Below, one piece after another: positions 10,396-22,506 of a DNA stretch of 64,000 nt. Below the pieces are notes generated by a model. That model was not told where the DNA came from and made no database searches. It worked only from the letters and a program-made list of their open reading frames with translations. Every line of letters starts with the position of its first letter. The stretch's first letter is position 1. The stretch is from a virus, in the IMG/VR virus record IMGVR_UViG_3300019888_000001, positions 1 to 64,000 of that record, one strand, 5' to 3'. The translations under genes were made by a program, and so were the position numbers.

Positions 10396-11146
10396 TTGAA
10401 GACGAATTAGAGCAACCGCAAGAAGGTTCTGCAGGGTATCAAGCTCCCAATAACCCTCCTGACCCGATAGAAGACGCCCCTACGGATACTGATACTGGCG
10501 AGCAAGCGCTTGATGACCTGCGTGAAGCTACCCCGGCTTGGATAGACCAACCTCAACCGGGGGCCGCTGGGTTTAAAGCCCCAAACTCGAGTGACCAAGC
10601 GATCCAATATCCGCATTTATTTTCCAATAAATCGGATTACACGGCACCGTTTCCGGAAACTTTGCCAGCAGATCAAGTTATTGAGACCACGACAGCAGCC
10701 GACCAAACTAACGAGTATAGCTTTGAATTAGAACTAGACTCTATCGATACAGAGGCTTATACGATAGACATCCATGTTGGATATGGAGAGATAAACGATA
10801 CCCCGCCGGACGGTATGACGGGAGCAGACGACTACATCTTAACTATTCCCGGGGCGGCGGACGGCACCGAAATTTACGCCGTGGTTACTTATAACACGGA
10901 CACGCTTGCAATTACTTCGCGATCTTTAGGTTTTAATTTTTCTGTGCCAGACTCCACTTTTGGAACACTATACGTACCAATCGGATATGTAGATATCGCG
11001 TATGCTCCAACGACCGGTGCTATTACAGAAGTGAATCCTCATAATCGGCACTGCGGTGATATCAATGTTGCCTTTGTTTACGGCATTGTATCAGCAGCAC
11101 GAGCCGTATTTACGCTACAACAATTAAGCGACCCTGTAGCGGTGAC

Positions 11147-11150
<4 letters not shown>
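10392..11150 (+). CDS. Putative virion protein
   Basis: Acidic ORF overlapping both neighbours by ATGA. Confidence 0.45.
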
Positions 11151-13604
<2,454 letters not shown>

Positions 13605-13608
<4 letters not shown>

Positions 13609-14012
13609 GCGGGTATACCAGTAGAAGGCAACCCTTGCTTTAGCGCTTCCTGCGCCGTGGTAGGAGCTGGCCCTGGTGTAGTAGATTCTTCGCCTTCGGG
13701 TTCTTCGCCTTCGGATTCTGTTTCCTCTTCCTCTGGCTTAACGGCGGCGCCATCTACGGCAACCAAACACAAACTCTTACCATTTTCGCCGAGTTTTAAA
13801 GTTGCTAAAGCCTGAAATGTTTTGCCTCCGGCCTTTGCATCTTCGGGGGGTTGAAAATTGGCAGGGAGAGGAAACTCAATATACTTTCCTTCATCTTTAT
13901 CCTGATCCGCCGTGGGTTCCGGTTCGGAGGATGCATCTGGCAGATTAGGAGATCGGGGGGGAACAGCCGCGGCAATCATGCTAGCAGGGTCGGAAGGAGG
14001 TGTGTCAGCCAT
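13605..14012 (-). CDS. Acidic Pro-rich hypothetical protein
   Basis: ORF in the head module with its own promoter-like motif. Confidence 0.5.
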
Positions 14013-14087
14013 ACCTTATTGTAACAATAATTAAATTAAGAGCAAGAAATCATTTGCTTGAAAGGTAAATCGAGCGTATACTACTAC

Positions 14088-14507
14088 ATGGGAAAAATGA
14101 CTAAAGAATGGTGGAAGAAGTATACCAAAACACCCAAAAGGCAAGCTTGGACTAAAAAATATATCCGTTCTCCAAAACGCAAGGCTTTTGTTAAAAAATA
14201 TTGTAATCGACCCGAAGTTAAAGCGCGTCGTGCTCTTGAGCGACTGCGCCTTAAAGAAGCTTGCTTTAAACATTATTGTGCTGGAGAACCACATTGTATG
14301 TGCCCCGGTTGCCCCATAATTAATATAGTTTTGCTAGATCTAGATCATATTAATAATGATGGAGCAAAGCATCGCCGTGAGACAAACTGTAGAAGGGGTG
14401 TTCCTTTATATTCTTGGTTAAAAACCAGAAATTATCCACCAGGATTTCAAGTACTATGCTGTAATTGTCATAGAGCAAAAACAGCTAAAATTACATGTCA
14501 GCATTAG
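14088..14507 (+). CDS. HNH-type homing endonuclease (inverted)
   Basis: 'CMCPGC..LDLDHINNDG..HRR..VLCCNCH'. Confidence 0.85.
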   Translation: MGKMTKEWWKKYTKTPKRQAWTKKYIRSPKRKAFVKKYCNRPEVKARRALERLRLKEACFKHYCAGEPHCMCPGCPIINIVLLDLDHINNDGAKHRRETNCRRGVPLYSWLKTRNYPPGFQVLCCNCHRAKTAKITCQH

Positions 14508-14529
14508 CCCTTTAATGCGCAAGTATATT

Positions 14530-14898
14530 TTAATGTAAGTGCGTCGCCACACCGTGAAAATGATAAGGCACTTTCGCTTTATTCGCCATATATACATCAC
14601 AATTTCTCCAGGGGCGCTCAACCCACATATCCTGATGTAATTGTATAAATTTATCACTAATTTTAATACAACCCAAATATGGTGTACAGTCGCCGTCCTT
14701 ATACCCGCAACCACACCAAAGTTCAGAACAATTCCACATCTCTGTAAGATAATGAAATGAAGGAACAACATCGTGCTCAACATTTATAAACGTTAAACCT
14801 TCCTCCCATCGCTTTATAAAATAACGACTATAAGAAAGCTCATCAGTCATAGGCACAAAAATAGCATCTGGCACCGCGAGCAAGGTTCCTACCCGCAA
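14530..14898 (-). CDS. Small GT-A-like glycosyltransferase (possibly truncated)
   Basis: 'FINVEHDVVP' DxD-like motif, 'LGCIKIS', C-terminal 'VATHLH'. Confidence 0.45.
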   Translation of the reverse strand: MRVGTLLAVPDAIFVPMTDELSYSRYFIKRWEEGLTFINVEHDVVPSFHYLTEMWNCSELWCGCGYKDGDCTPYLGCIKISDKFIQLHQDMWVERPWRNCDVYMANKAKVPYHFHGVATHLH

Positions 14899-14921
14899 GT
14901 GCGTAAAGGGAACAAAAATTT

Positions 14922-15209
14922 TTATACGCCTTGAGGCGTGAATGTGGCTAATCCAACTTGAGCCTTACCATTTGGGCATATAGCGTGAATTTCGTCTCCT
15001 GGTTGAAGTTCTCCTTCAAGGACGTCTGACATATCAAAAGGTAAAGCACCAAGAAGTTCATAGGTTTTATTTGCTCTAACTAAAACCACAATGACAAGGT
15101 CGCTCGATGATAAGCGTCCAATAAATACCCACATTACAGGATCAGGAATAGTATAAATCAAAGTATCCGTGGGCCCAACCGTGACTACGTTTGAAGAGAA
15201 CGAAAACAT
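14922..15209 (-). CDS. Hypothetical protein downstream of the capsid gene
   Basis: 95 aa ORF preceded by a promoter-like motif. Confidence 0.45.
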   Translation of the reverse strand: MFSFSSNVVTVGPTDTLIYTIPDPVMWVFIGRLSSSDLVIVVLVRANKTYELLGALPFDMSDVLEGELQPGDEIHAICPNGKAQVGLATFTPQGV

Positions 15210-15283
15210 GTTATAAATATATTTGATTTTTATAATAAGGCAAGAAGCATTCGGGAAGAATACTACGTAACTTTTGTGTTATA

Positions 15284-15318
15284 AACCAAAAGTGCCCTGG
15301 GCCTTAACCCAGGGCACT
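15284..15318 (-). terminator. Intrinsic terminator after the major capsid gene
   Basis: 11-bp perfect stem AGTGCCCTGGG/CCCAGGGCACT (15291-15318) followed by TTTGGTTT on the - strand. Confidence 0.8.
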
Positions 15319-15338
15319 AATGTTAATTCGTTAAAGAA

Positions 15339-16602
15339 TTAGGATGTGCAGCCTGCGATCACTTGACCTGCGGGCGCGCAACGTAAGTGACGAACCGCAA
15401 ACGCCAGATCTTGCCGTTCTAACTTAATGCCATAGGCAAAAAGCGCGCGGAAGAATCCGATGTTACGATCGATGTTACATATGCGATCAGGAATGTTGCG
15501 CCACACAAACTCCCCCGCCCAACTGTATTCCGGCTCATATGTCATATTGCCGACGTTACCTTGGGGTTTAGGAATAAGTACGCGTAACACGTCGTCGTGG
15601 TAAATGAGCGTATCTTCATACGCAGCATTCGTGTAGATCGGGTCTACATTCCACTTGTTGCCGCGGGTTGCGGCAGACGCGACATACGGGTAGCGGCGCA
15701 CATACGCCCCAGCCGGGATGTCGAAGTGAGGCGGAAACTGGACCGCTGCAAAAATGAACCCGTGGTAAACTTTACCCCCGAGACCAATCTTGCTAACCAA
15801 AATGCCTTTGTCGTCTACGACAGACGCATATTGGAAGTCGTTCCTGTTGTTAGCATCTTGCTTCTTTAGCGCGTTGAAGGTGTAGGTAGAACCCACGGCC
15901 GTATAGACCGGGCTTCCATCTTCTACAACCGCTGTGGGCTTGATGCTTCCACCGTTGTATTGCAGTTGCTGGTGAATGTTTTCCAGAATACCAAACGTCA
16001 AGGGTGACGTAGGCGGTCTGTTACTATTCATCGTCGCCAATGTGGCGACATCCAGACTTGAATTCGCGGTGATGTAATTACCAACCGCGTTCATATACTC
16101 GTTTTGGTATGTGTTTGACCACACCCATTTGCTGTTTTCAGCAAGAACTCGAGTAACGTTCTTTACTTGATCCATGACTTGCCACTGAAACCGCAGATCG
16201 TCCAAACAGATATCAGGACTGTTAACAGCCGCTTTGTTAAGCGTGACTGTCAAAGTCGTAACACCGAATGAATCAATGTTGTGGTTTGCAGTGATGCCGC
16301 ATGCACCAGTACCTACTAGATTGTTCGAATCTCCACCCGAGCCGCCTACTAAAGACGAACTACGAGTTGCGAAAGATTGGAAAAACCCCGGAGCGTTAAC
16401 GTTATCTGTGATAATAGAACGCTCATAAATCGGATAAGTGTACTGAAACCCTGCACCGTCAAAGCCACGGCTCTTTAGGAAGCCGTTTAATATAAAAATC
16501 GCTATCTTGAATCATCTTAACTACATCATTCCTTACAAGAAGGGATAGATCTAGAAACAAATTTTCAAGGCTAGCGCATGTTTCTCCACTTGGACCTGCC
16601 AT
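15339..16602 (-). CDS. Major capsid protein, ~420 aa, requires a +1 frameshift at 16464-16458
   Basis: ATG at 16602 with upstream GAGGT; 47 codons end CTT-TGA; the +1 frame continues GAC-GGT-GCA.. without a stop to 15339; position after portal and scaffold, followed by a terminator; 'SWAGEFVWRNI' C-terminal capsid-like motif. Confidence 0.75.
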
Positions 16603-16739
16603 GATTTTATATACCTCATATAAAATTTTTACTGAAGAAATTCCTACTACAATAGTAGGCTTCAGTCTTTCCCGGGAGCGAATTTCCGGGCGAACATTTA
16701 ACGATGGCGCGTTATGGCCGCGTTCTCTATGCCGATAAC

Positions 16740-16768
16740 TACTTACGACACAGGATAATGAGTGTCAA
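16740..16768 (-). promoter_or_regulatory. Sigma70-like promoter for the capsid gene with a structured 5' UTR
   Basis: TTGACA-N17-TAAGTA on the - strand; hairpin ACTGAAG..CCTACTA-CAA-TAGTAGG-CTTCAGT at ~16631-16666. Confidence 0.5.
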
Positions 16769-17153
16769 GTAATTTTTTATGAGGACAAACCCCGTAAGCT
16801 CCGATAGCCTGATTGCAGTTATGACATAGCACTCTATAGCCGGACGGCCAGTTACGAACTCTAAGCCAGACATAAAAATTCTTTCCACCGGGGTTATTAA
16901 TTTCCTTACGATGCTGTTTTCCGCCTCCATTGATATGATCAATAGCTAAAAACTCAATCATGTTTTCTCCACAACATGCACACATAGGAGGATCGCCTCC
17001 ATAATGGCTGAAGCATTCGGCTTTTAACTTTAAATACCAACGCCTATGAACCGCTTTACCTTTTAGAGATTGCCGGTATTTGCGAATAGACGCCTTACCT
17101 TTTTCAGATTGTTCCCACTTTTTGGCGGCTCTTTTATGCGCTTCTGTGCTCAT
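16743..17153 (-). CDS. HNH-type homing endonuclease
   Basis: 'CACCGE..IDHINGGG..HR..VLCHNCN'. Confidence 0.85.
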   Translation of the reverse strand: MSTEAHKRAAKKWEQSEKGKASIRKYRQSLKGKAVHRRWYLKLKAECFSHYGGDPPMCACCGENMIEFLAIDHINGGGKQHRKEINNPGGKNFYVWLRVRNWPSGYRVLCHNCNQAIGAYGVCPHKKLLDTHYPVS

Positions 17154-17194
17154 GGTTTACATTACCACAAACCAGTACAATTTGTCAACAGAAA

Positions 17195-17371
17195 TCAGTG
17201 CTTCCAGGATCGCGCAACTTTGGCAAAATTGGCTCTCTTGCGCACTGCCGGGTCGGTCGAAGCCAGACCATGCATAATCTGGTCCATCGTAAGCTTCTTC
17301 CCTTTCTTGACCCCAAGATCACGATGAAGCCGGTCTTCGTGAGATTTCTTAATATGAATCCCGGATGCCAT
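17195..17371 (-). CDS. Small basic phage protein (58 aa, not in the ORF track)
   Basis: MASGIHIKKSHEDRLHRDLGVKKG..VRKRANFAKVARSWKH; TAATG overlap with the upstream ORF. Confidence 0.65.
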   Translation of the reverse strand: MASGIHIKKSHEDRLHRDLGVKKGKKLTMDQIMHGLASTDPAVRKRANFAKVARSWKH

Positions 17372-17481
17372 TACTTCTTCTGAAACTTAGCTTTGAGATA
17401 GGCAACACCAGCGGCTATTTGGGTTGACCCTAAATACCCGGCAGCAACACCTATAATTAGACCTAAGATAAAACCAATCAT
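17371..17481 (-). CDS. Small membrane protein (36 aa, not in the ORF track)
   Basis: MIGFILGLIIGVAAGYLG..YLKAKFQKK; similar to 30911-31048. Confidence 0.55.
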   Translation of the reverse strand: MIGFILGLIIGVAAGYLGSTQIAAGVAYLKAKFQKK

Positions 17482-17492
17482 ACACTACTCTA

Positions 17493-17873
17493 TTACCTAG
17501 GAAGCGCCCCGTCAAGTTTGGACTTCAGCATCTCAGCTGCCGCAGCCCTGGCGCAACCGCAGTTACAATTAAAGCACAAAACTCGCAGTTCGTCGGGAAA
17601 CTTATTTTTAACCAAATAAAAATACTGATCGCCGCCTCTAGTTCGTCTTTTTGCGCTTCCGCCACCATTTATGTGATCTAAAGTCAACCAAAGCATATTA
17701 GAAGTTCGACACCCGCATTCACAAGAACAACGAGGAGTATTGCCTCCATAATGACGGAAACAAGCAAGTTTGCGTAGTAAATAACTTTTTTTATTTGAAG
17801 CTTGCCTTTTGGCTTTTGTAAGTGGATTACGCCAGCGCAAAAGACCTTTTAAACGATAATAGTTTTTTGTCAT
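17493..17873 (-). CDS. HNH-type homing endonuclease fused to a copy of the scaffold C-terminus
   Basis: 'CSCECGC..LDHINGGG..VLCFNCN', then AAEMLKSKLDGALPR. Confidence 0.85.
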   Translation of the reverse strand: MTKNYYRLKGLLRWRNPLTKAKRQASNKKSYLLRKLACFRHYGGNTPRCSCECGCRTSNMLWLTLDHINGGGSAKRRTRGGDQYFYLVKNKFPDELRVLCFNCNCGCARAAAAEMLKSKLDGALPR

Positions 17874-19202
17874 TTATTTTGGAAGAACCCCCTCCAATTT
17901 AGCTTTCAACATCTCAGCCGCGGTCTTATAGGCAGTTGGTTGCGGAATTTCTTCTGGAACATTTCCCGCGCCAGCGGCTGGCGTTCCGCCACGAAGTTTA
18001 GTCAATTGGTCATCCAGCGTAACATTCTTCTGGTGTAAGTCACTTACCATGTTCAAAAGAAGGGGAAAAACTTCGGCCTTATAGAAACGAGTCGCCAGTT
18101 CCTCGTTAGATAATGATGCCACATCAACAGATTGAACTCTCTCATGAGCATCGACGACCATTTTATCCCAGCCTTCGTCCCCGGTCTTTTTGAATACCGG
18201 AAGATCGGTTGAGAGTTTATTATACGACGCGTCTAGAGCCGTGACCCAATCTTCATGGAACTTGGCCGTTTGGCTTTTCTCTGCCGCTTCGCGAGCTTTT
18301 TGCATTTCCGCGAACTTACCGGCGGCGCCATCGATAGTGGATTGCTTAAGTTCTAACAACCGGTCTTGTTCGCTCAGCAAATGATCAAACCTGTTAATAT
18401 CCAGGCGGTTAAAATTTGCCGACAGTTCTGCTAATTTATCGCTCCTCTTATTAGGGTCTGGGTCGGAAAGAGCCGCCTGTAAATCACCAGGGGCAATCTC
18501 ATACTTCTTAGCCAGCGCTGTTAGGGCATTTTGAGCGGTCTTAAGAGGCGATGTAATTCTTTTCTTAAAGTCGTCAGTAGCTTCAACACGAGTAACTGAA
18601 AGTTCGTCTTCATAACGTTTAATCGTTTCCTCCATCTCGGTGACCTTAGAAGCGTCTACCGCAGTTGCTTTCTTCCTGAAGTCGTCGCGTTCTGCTTCAA
18701 GAGCTTTGATCTTACCTTCCGCAATAGCCAGGTCTCCGCGCACAGCTTTGAAAGCTGAACCAGCCTTTACAGTCATCATCTCTTCCGCTTTATCTAAAGC
18801 AGCTTTGGTAAGCTTTTCGGCCGGCGTTGGTCCAGTCGGCCCAGTTGCCGCTGGCTCAGGAGCGCCTGTAGGACCGGTTGCTGCCGGTTGCGTAGCGCCG
18901 GTAGGACCTGTGGCCGCAGGTTGGGGAGTTCCTGTTGGGCCTGTGGGCGGTTTGGGTAAAGAGACCGGACTTGGAATTACAATCGCCGAGGTGGATGGGG
19001 GAGCAGGCGTTGGAGCCGGTGTAGGAACCGGAGCAGGTGGCGTAATTGCCGTAGCGGCATTATCCACGGGGGGCTGCGCTCTGCGCATAACAAAATCTGG
19101 GTCCATTACACCATGCGGAAACAATTTGTCGAGTTCGGCACGGATTTTGGTGGGAGCCTGACCTTCGCCGGGGATTACAGTAGGAGCGGGGTTTTCGGCC
19201 AT
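17874..19202 (-). CDS. Capsid scaffolding protein
   Basis: Pro/Thr-rich N-terminus with ATGPTG repeats, long coiled coil, located between portal and capsid genes. Confidence 0.65.
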   Translation of the reverse strand: MAENPAPTVIPGEGQAPTKIRAELDKLFPHGVMDPDFVMRRAQPPVDNAATAITPPAPVPTPAPTPAPPSTSAIVIPSPVSLPKPPTGPTGTPQPAATGPTGATQPAATGPTGAPEPAATGPTGPTPAEKLTKAALDKAEEMMTVKAGSAFKAVRGDLAIAEGKIKALEAERDDFRKKATAVDASKVTEMEETIKRYEDELSVTRVEATDDFKKRITSPLKTAQNALTALAKKYEIAPGDLQAALSDPDPNKRSDKLAELSANFNRLDINRFDHLLSEQDRLLELKQSTIDGAAGKFAEMQKAREAAEKSQTAKFHEDWVTALDASYNKLSTDLPVFKKTGDEGWDKMVVDAHERVQSVDVASLSNEELATRFYKAEVFPLLLNMVSDLHQKNVTLDDQLTKLRGGTPAAGAGNVPEEIPQPTAYKTAAEMLKAKLEGVLPK

Positions 19203-19203
19203 A

Positions 19204-19572
19204 TTATTTTTCCTCAGGGGTTAATAGGTTTTTTAAAGTATCGTCCGGTTTAGGTTCTGAAGCTCGTTTGGCTTCCTCGCGTTTTTCGTCAGACGAGCGC
19301 CAAGAATCAGTCGCGGAATCTGCGGTGGGAAGTCTAGCTGGAATAGAAGCTAAGTCCAAAAAATTGGTAAGGCAGTCGAGGTAGCCCTCTCGTTTAGCGC
19401 CCATCAACGCATACTGCTCCATAAGTCCGGCGGTTCCAGACATGGCCGAGGGAGTAAAAGCTTTCTCTCGTACAATTTCCAGAGCTTCAGCCATAAGCGG
19501 GTCATTAAGAATCACGGAAAATTCTTGACCTTTAGTAGGATGCTTTTTCCACTGATCGAATTTAGTTAACAT
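19204..19572 (-). CDS. Hypothetical protein between portal and scaffold
   Basis: ORF in a conserved head-module position. Confidence 0.5.
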   Translation of the reverse strand: MLTKFDQWKKHPTKGQEFSVILNDPLMAEALEIVREKAFTPSAMSGTAGLMEQYALMGAKREGYLDCLTNFLDLASIPARLPTADSATDSWRSSDEKREEAKRASEPKPDDTLKNLLTPEEK

Positions 19573-19639
19573 AATATTACGCGCTATTACAGGCAACCGC
19601 ACCTTAAGACCTACTCTTTAACGTGTCAACTAATTATTT

Positions 19640-22042
19640 TTAAGGAGCGGGTTTAGGCTTGGCCGCTGCCTTAGCTTTGGCCTCAATTACTTTAAGATTT
19701 TGTTGATGCTCCTCCTCTTTTCGACGCTGTTCAGCCTTGCTCTCGGCCATCTTCTGAGCATGAGCCTCGTCTTTCCGTCGCTGCTCGGCTTGGCTTTCCC
19801 TGGTCTTTATACCCAACTCAGCCGCCTGGTTAGCTGGATTCTGGTTCGAGGTAACATCTACAATGTGAGCATGAGTTCTAGTAGCAGCCTCCGCATCTTT
19901 CAGAGCGCGTTCTTGGTCTGATTTTTCTTGGTTATGCTTCATCTGCTGGGCATGCGCTTGGTCCTTACGGCGCTGCTCAGCTTGGCTTTCTTGAGCCTTG
20001 AGAGCCTGGTCGGAGGTCTGTTGCTGACCCTGCGCCGCTTGTTTAGACTGGAGTTGTTGGGCGTGATCCATGGCGGCTTGTACTCGCTCCTGCGCGTTAC
20101 TGACCTGGCGGGTAAGTTCGGCCACAAGTTTGCCCTGAAGCTTATCAGGCTTCACGACCTGCATATGCTGGCTGATATGCTGCAGTTTAACCTGGGCGCC
20201 CTGAATCAGTTGAGGCGTAACTTGCCCTGATTCCAACGCATCTAAGTCGCCGGTCAAACTTGGTAAGTGAACTTGGGTGTGCAGAATATGATTGTCATTT
20301 GGTACCACTGTTGCCGGCGTCCCGGCAGACATAACGCTATTTTGGAGTTCCGCTATCTCCAGATCAACCGGCATACGGCCACCAGTGGTAATCGTTGGCA
20401 CATACCGATCAACTTGAGAGTATCCACAGCGTTGGGCAAATCGGTCGCGCAATAGCGCATTTTGCCCGACCGGATCGAGGGACCCATAGTACTGCATAAA
20501 TTCGTCAAGTGCCAGTAAGCGATTGGTTGGGGAACCATAGCCTACTGCCCTGACAGGCATCACTCGAGGGGTATTATAAATTGCTTCTAACGGAACACCG
20601 CGCTCGTGGCAGCGTTTACGAAAGTCCCAAACTTCACGGCCACCTGGATCTTTGGGTCGCAAAGTTCTAGAGGCCGTCCTCCGCCACACTTCATTAAGAT
20701 GTCGACCCCAAGGTTGATAAAAAAGATTCATAGACGCTGTGGGTAGCACAGCTTCTTTCATCAGTTCGGATTGAACTTCGAACTTGGTTTTTTCGTTGGT
20801 TTCGTCAGTGGACTTGGAAAGGAAATCTCCAGTGTTAGTTCGCATTGTGAGCGACATTTCCTGGATAATCGGAAGAATAGATGTAGACGGATTGTTAAGC
20901 TGGCTATTCTGAACCTGTAGGCCAGGCGGCATATAGATAGCGCCGCCGTAGAATAGAAGAGCCATATCTTCTGCGTCGGAGGGAGTTTTAGGCTGGAGGA
21001 GAAGGCTACCCGCGAATTTGGCGTTGTCTACTGTTTGGCACCGGAGAGTGTTTAGCACTTGTACGATGGGGTAGATTTCGTGAGCTAGACCGCGGATTGA
21101 ATGGAGCGTACCATTAGACCCGACCTCAAAAGGGAAATACGTAAAACACTGATTAATGTTATCGAACCGATTCTCACACTTAAAAAGAAAATCATCATTA
21201 CCAAAACTCCGCAAAGTAAGATACTGCGAAACCCTACCCGAAAATTCCCTGATCCAGACATGCACCAGTTTCACTGTTTCCTGCGACATTGCTGTAGCAA
21301 AAATATCGTTGTTCTTTAAAATTTGTTGGAGTTTTTCCCAAGCGCCAACTGTGAAAATTAAATTCTGGTCTACGGCATTTACGATTGCTTTCTGAACCTC
21401 TTTAACATTCCATCGCTTATCTTTTGGATCTAAGTCTTTAATATACTGATACATCCGTCCTACCGATATATCGCGCATAGCTATGGCTATATCTACCTCT
21501 TCTTCATTGGCTAGTGTTCCACGTGGCAGTTTAAAGTCTTCTAAACCAGCGACTTGCCATTTCCAGTCTACTTCATCTGGAAAGTAAAGAAAACCTAAAC
21601 CATGTGTGGTAAATTTTTGAATTAGAAGTTGAAAGTAGGGATCAAAACACGACCATTCTTTCAGCATACGGTGCCATTCTTCGGCCATGATATTATTCCA
21701 CCCTGGCCGTTGTAAAGGGTCTCCGAAATCTGTCAAAGGAATAGCTAGTGTAGGAACGGAGTCAGTCAGATCATAATAACCAGCCATCTCAGCTTTAAGC
21801 CGAGCTTTCATATCCCCAAAATTAAGATTACAACGCCCATGCTGTCCTGTATCTGAAAGATGCCGAGCATCAAAAGGAGGAGCCCCATCAGCCGCGGCTT
21901 GAATGTCCTGTCGAGCTAGCGCGCTATAAGTGTCGCTGTAAATTATTTTTCGTACAACTGCGTTTAGACTTATAGCGTCAGTTATACGTGTGATAGGAGC
22001 TTTACCCGTTTTGGAGTCAAGCGTTCTTAAATTCGCGTCCAT
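19640..22042 (-). CDS. Portal protein
   Basis: 800 aa, downstream of terminase, Gln-rich coiled C-terminal extension typical of barrel-type portals. Confidence 0.7.
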   Translation of the reverse strand: MDANLRTLDSKTGKAPITRITDAISLNAVVRKIIYSDTYSALARQDIQAAADGAPPFDARHLSDTGQHGRCNLNFGDMKARLKAEMAGYYDLTDSVPTLAIPLTDFGDPLQRPGWNNIMAEEWHRMLKEWSCFDPYFQLLIQKFTTHGLGFLYFPDEVDWKWQVAGLEDFKLPRGTLANEEEVDIAIAMRDISVGRMYQYIKDLDPKDKRWNVKEVQKAIVNAVDQNLIFTVGAWEKLQQILKNNDIFATAMSQETVKLVHVWIREFSGRVSQYLTLRSFGNDDFLFKCENRFDNINQCFTYFPFEVGSNGTLHSIRGLAHEIYPIVQVLNTLRCQTVDNAKFAGSLLLQPKTPSDAEDMALLFYGGAIYMPPGLQVQNSQLNNPSTSILPIIQEMSLTMRTNTGDFLSKSTDETNEKTKFEVQSELMKEAVLPTASMNLFYQPWGRHLNEVWRRTASRTLRPKDPGGREVWDFRKRCHERGVPLEAIYNTPRVMPVRAVGYGSPTNRLLALDEFMQYYGSLDPVGQNALLRDRFAQRCGYSQVDRYVPTITTGGRMPVDLEIAELQNSVMSAGTPATVVPNDNHILHTQVHLPSLTGDLDALESGQVTPQLIQGAQVKLQHISQHMQVVKPDKLQGKLVAELTRQVSNAQERVQAAMDHAQQLQSKQAAQGQQQTSDQALKAQESQAEQRRKDQAHAQQMKHNQEKSDQERALKDAEAATRTHAHIVDVTSNQNPANQAAELGIKTRESQAEQRRKDEAHAQKMAESKAEQRRKEEEHQQNLKVIEAKAKAAAKPKPAP

Positions 22043-22071
22043 TAGATAGACGTTATCTTACAGCTTTTTCG

Positions 22072-22506
22072 TTAGAACACAACTTTAGGTTTATGGTTAA
22101 GGGAAACCCCTTTTTGAGAGTTTTCTTTACTAAAAATGATCTGGAGGTTTTCTGCCGAATGGGCGCCTCCCTTAGCTAAGGGAATAATATGATCAACCGC
22201 AACATCAAAACGCTTACGCAATTCCTTAGCCCGAGCATAAATCTTTTTAATAGCTTCCACATTTCCTATGGTAGCTTTTTGCCGCCTTGCTCTACGTTTT
22301 GCTTCATGGAAAGTAAATAGCTCGCTATGCCTTCTTTTCCAGGCACTCCAATATTCAGGGTTAGCGTTTCTAAATTTTCTGCTTGCTTCACATGCATGGT
22401 TAGGAAAAGCTAATCGAATTAAGCGAGCGTATTCCCTATATACATCAGGAAATTTGGCCATACGAATCTTGTAATATTCTTTTTCTTTCTCAACTCTGGT
22501 TTTCAT
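22072..22506 (-). CDS. HNH homing endonuclease
   Basis: 'VDHIIPLAKGGAHSAENLQ'; close paralog of 7568-8104. Confidence 0.9.
   Translation of the reverse strand: MKTRVEKEKEYYKIRMAKFPDVYREYARLIRLAFPNHACEASRKFRNANPEYWSAWKRRHSELFTFHEAKRRARRQKATIGNVEAIKKIYARAKELRKRFDVAVDHIIPLAKGGAHSAENLQIIFSKENSQKGVSLNHKPKVVF

Noticed and set aside
16423-16461. TGA readthrough or reassigned genetic code in the capsid gene
   Set aside because: The zero frame hits another TGA 12 codons later, the coding sequence continues in the +1 frame, and TGA ends many other genes normally
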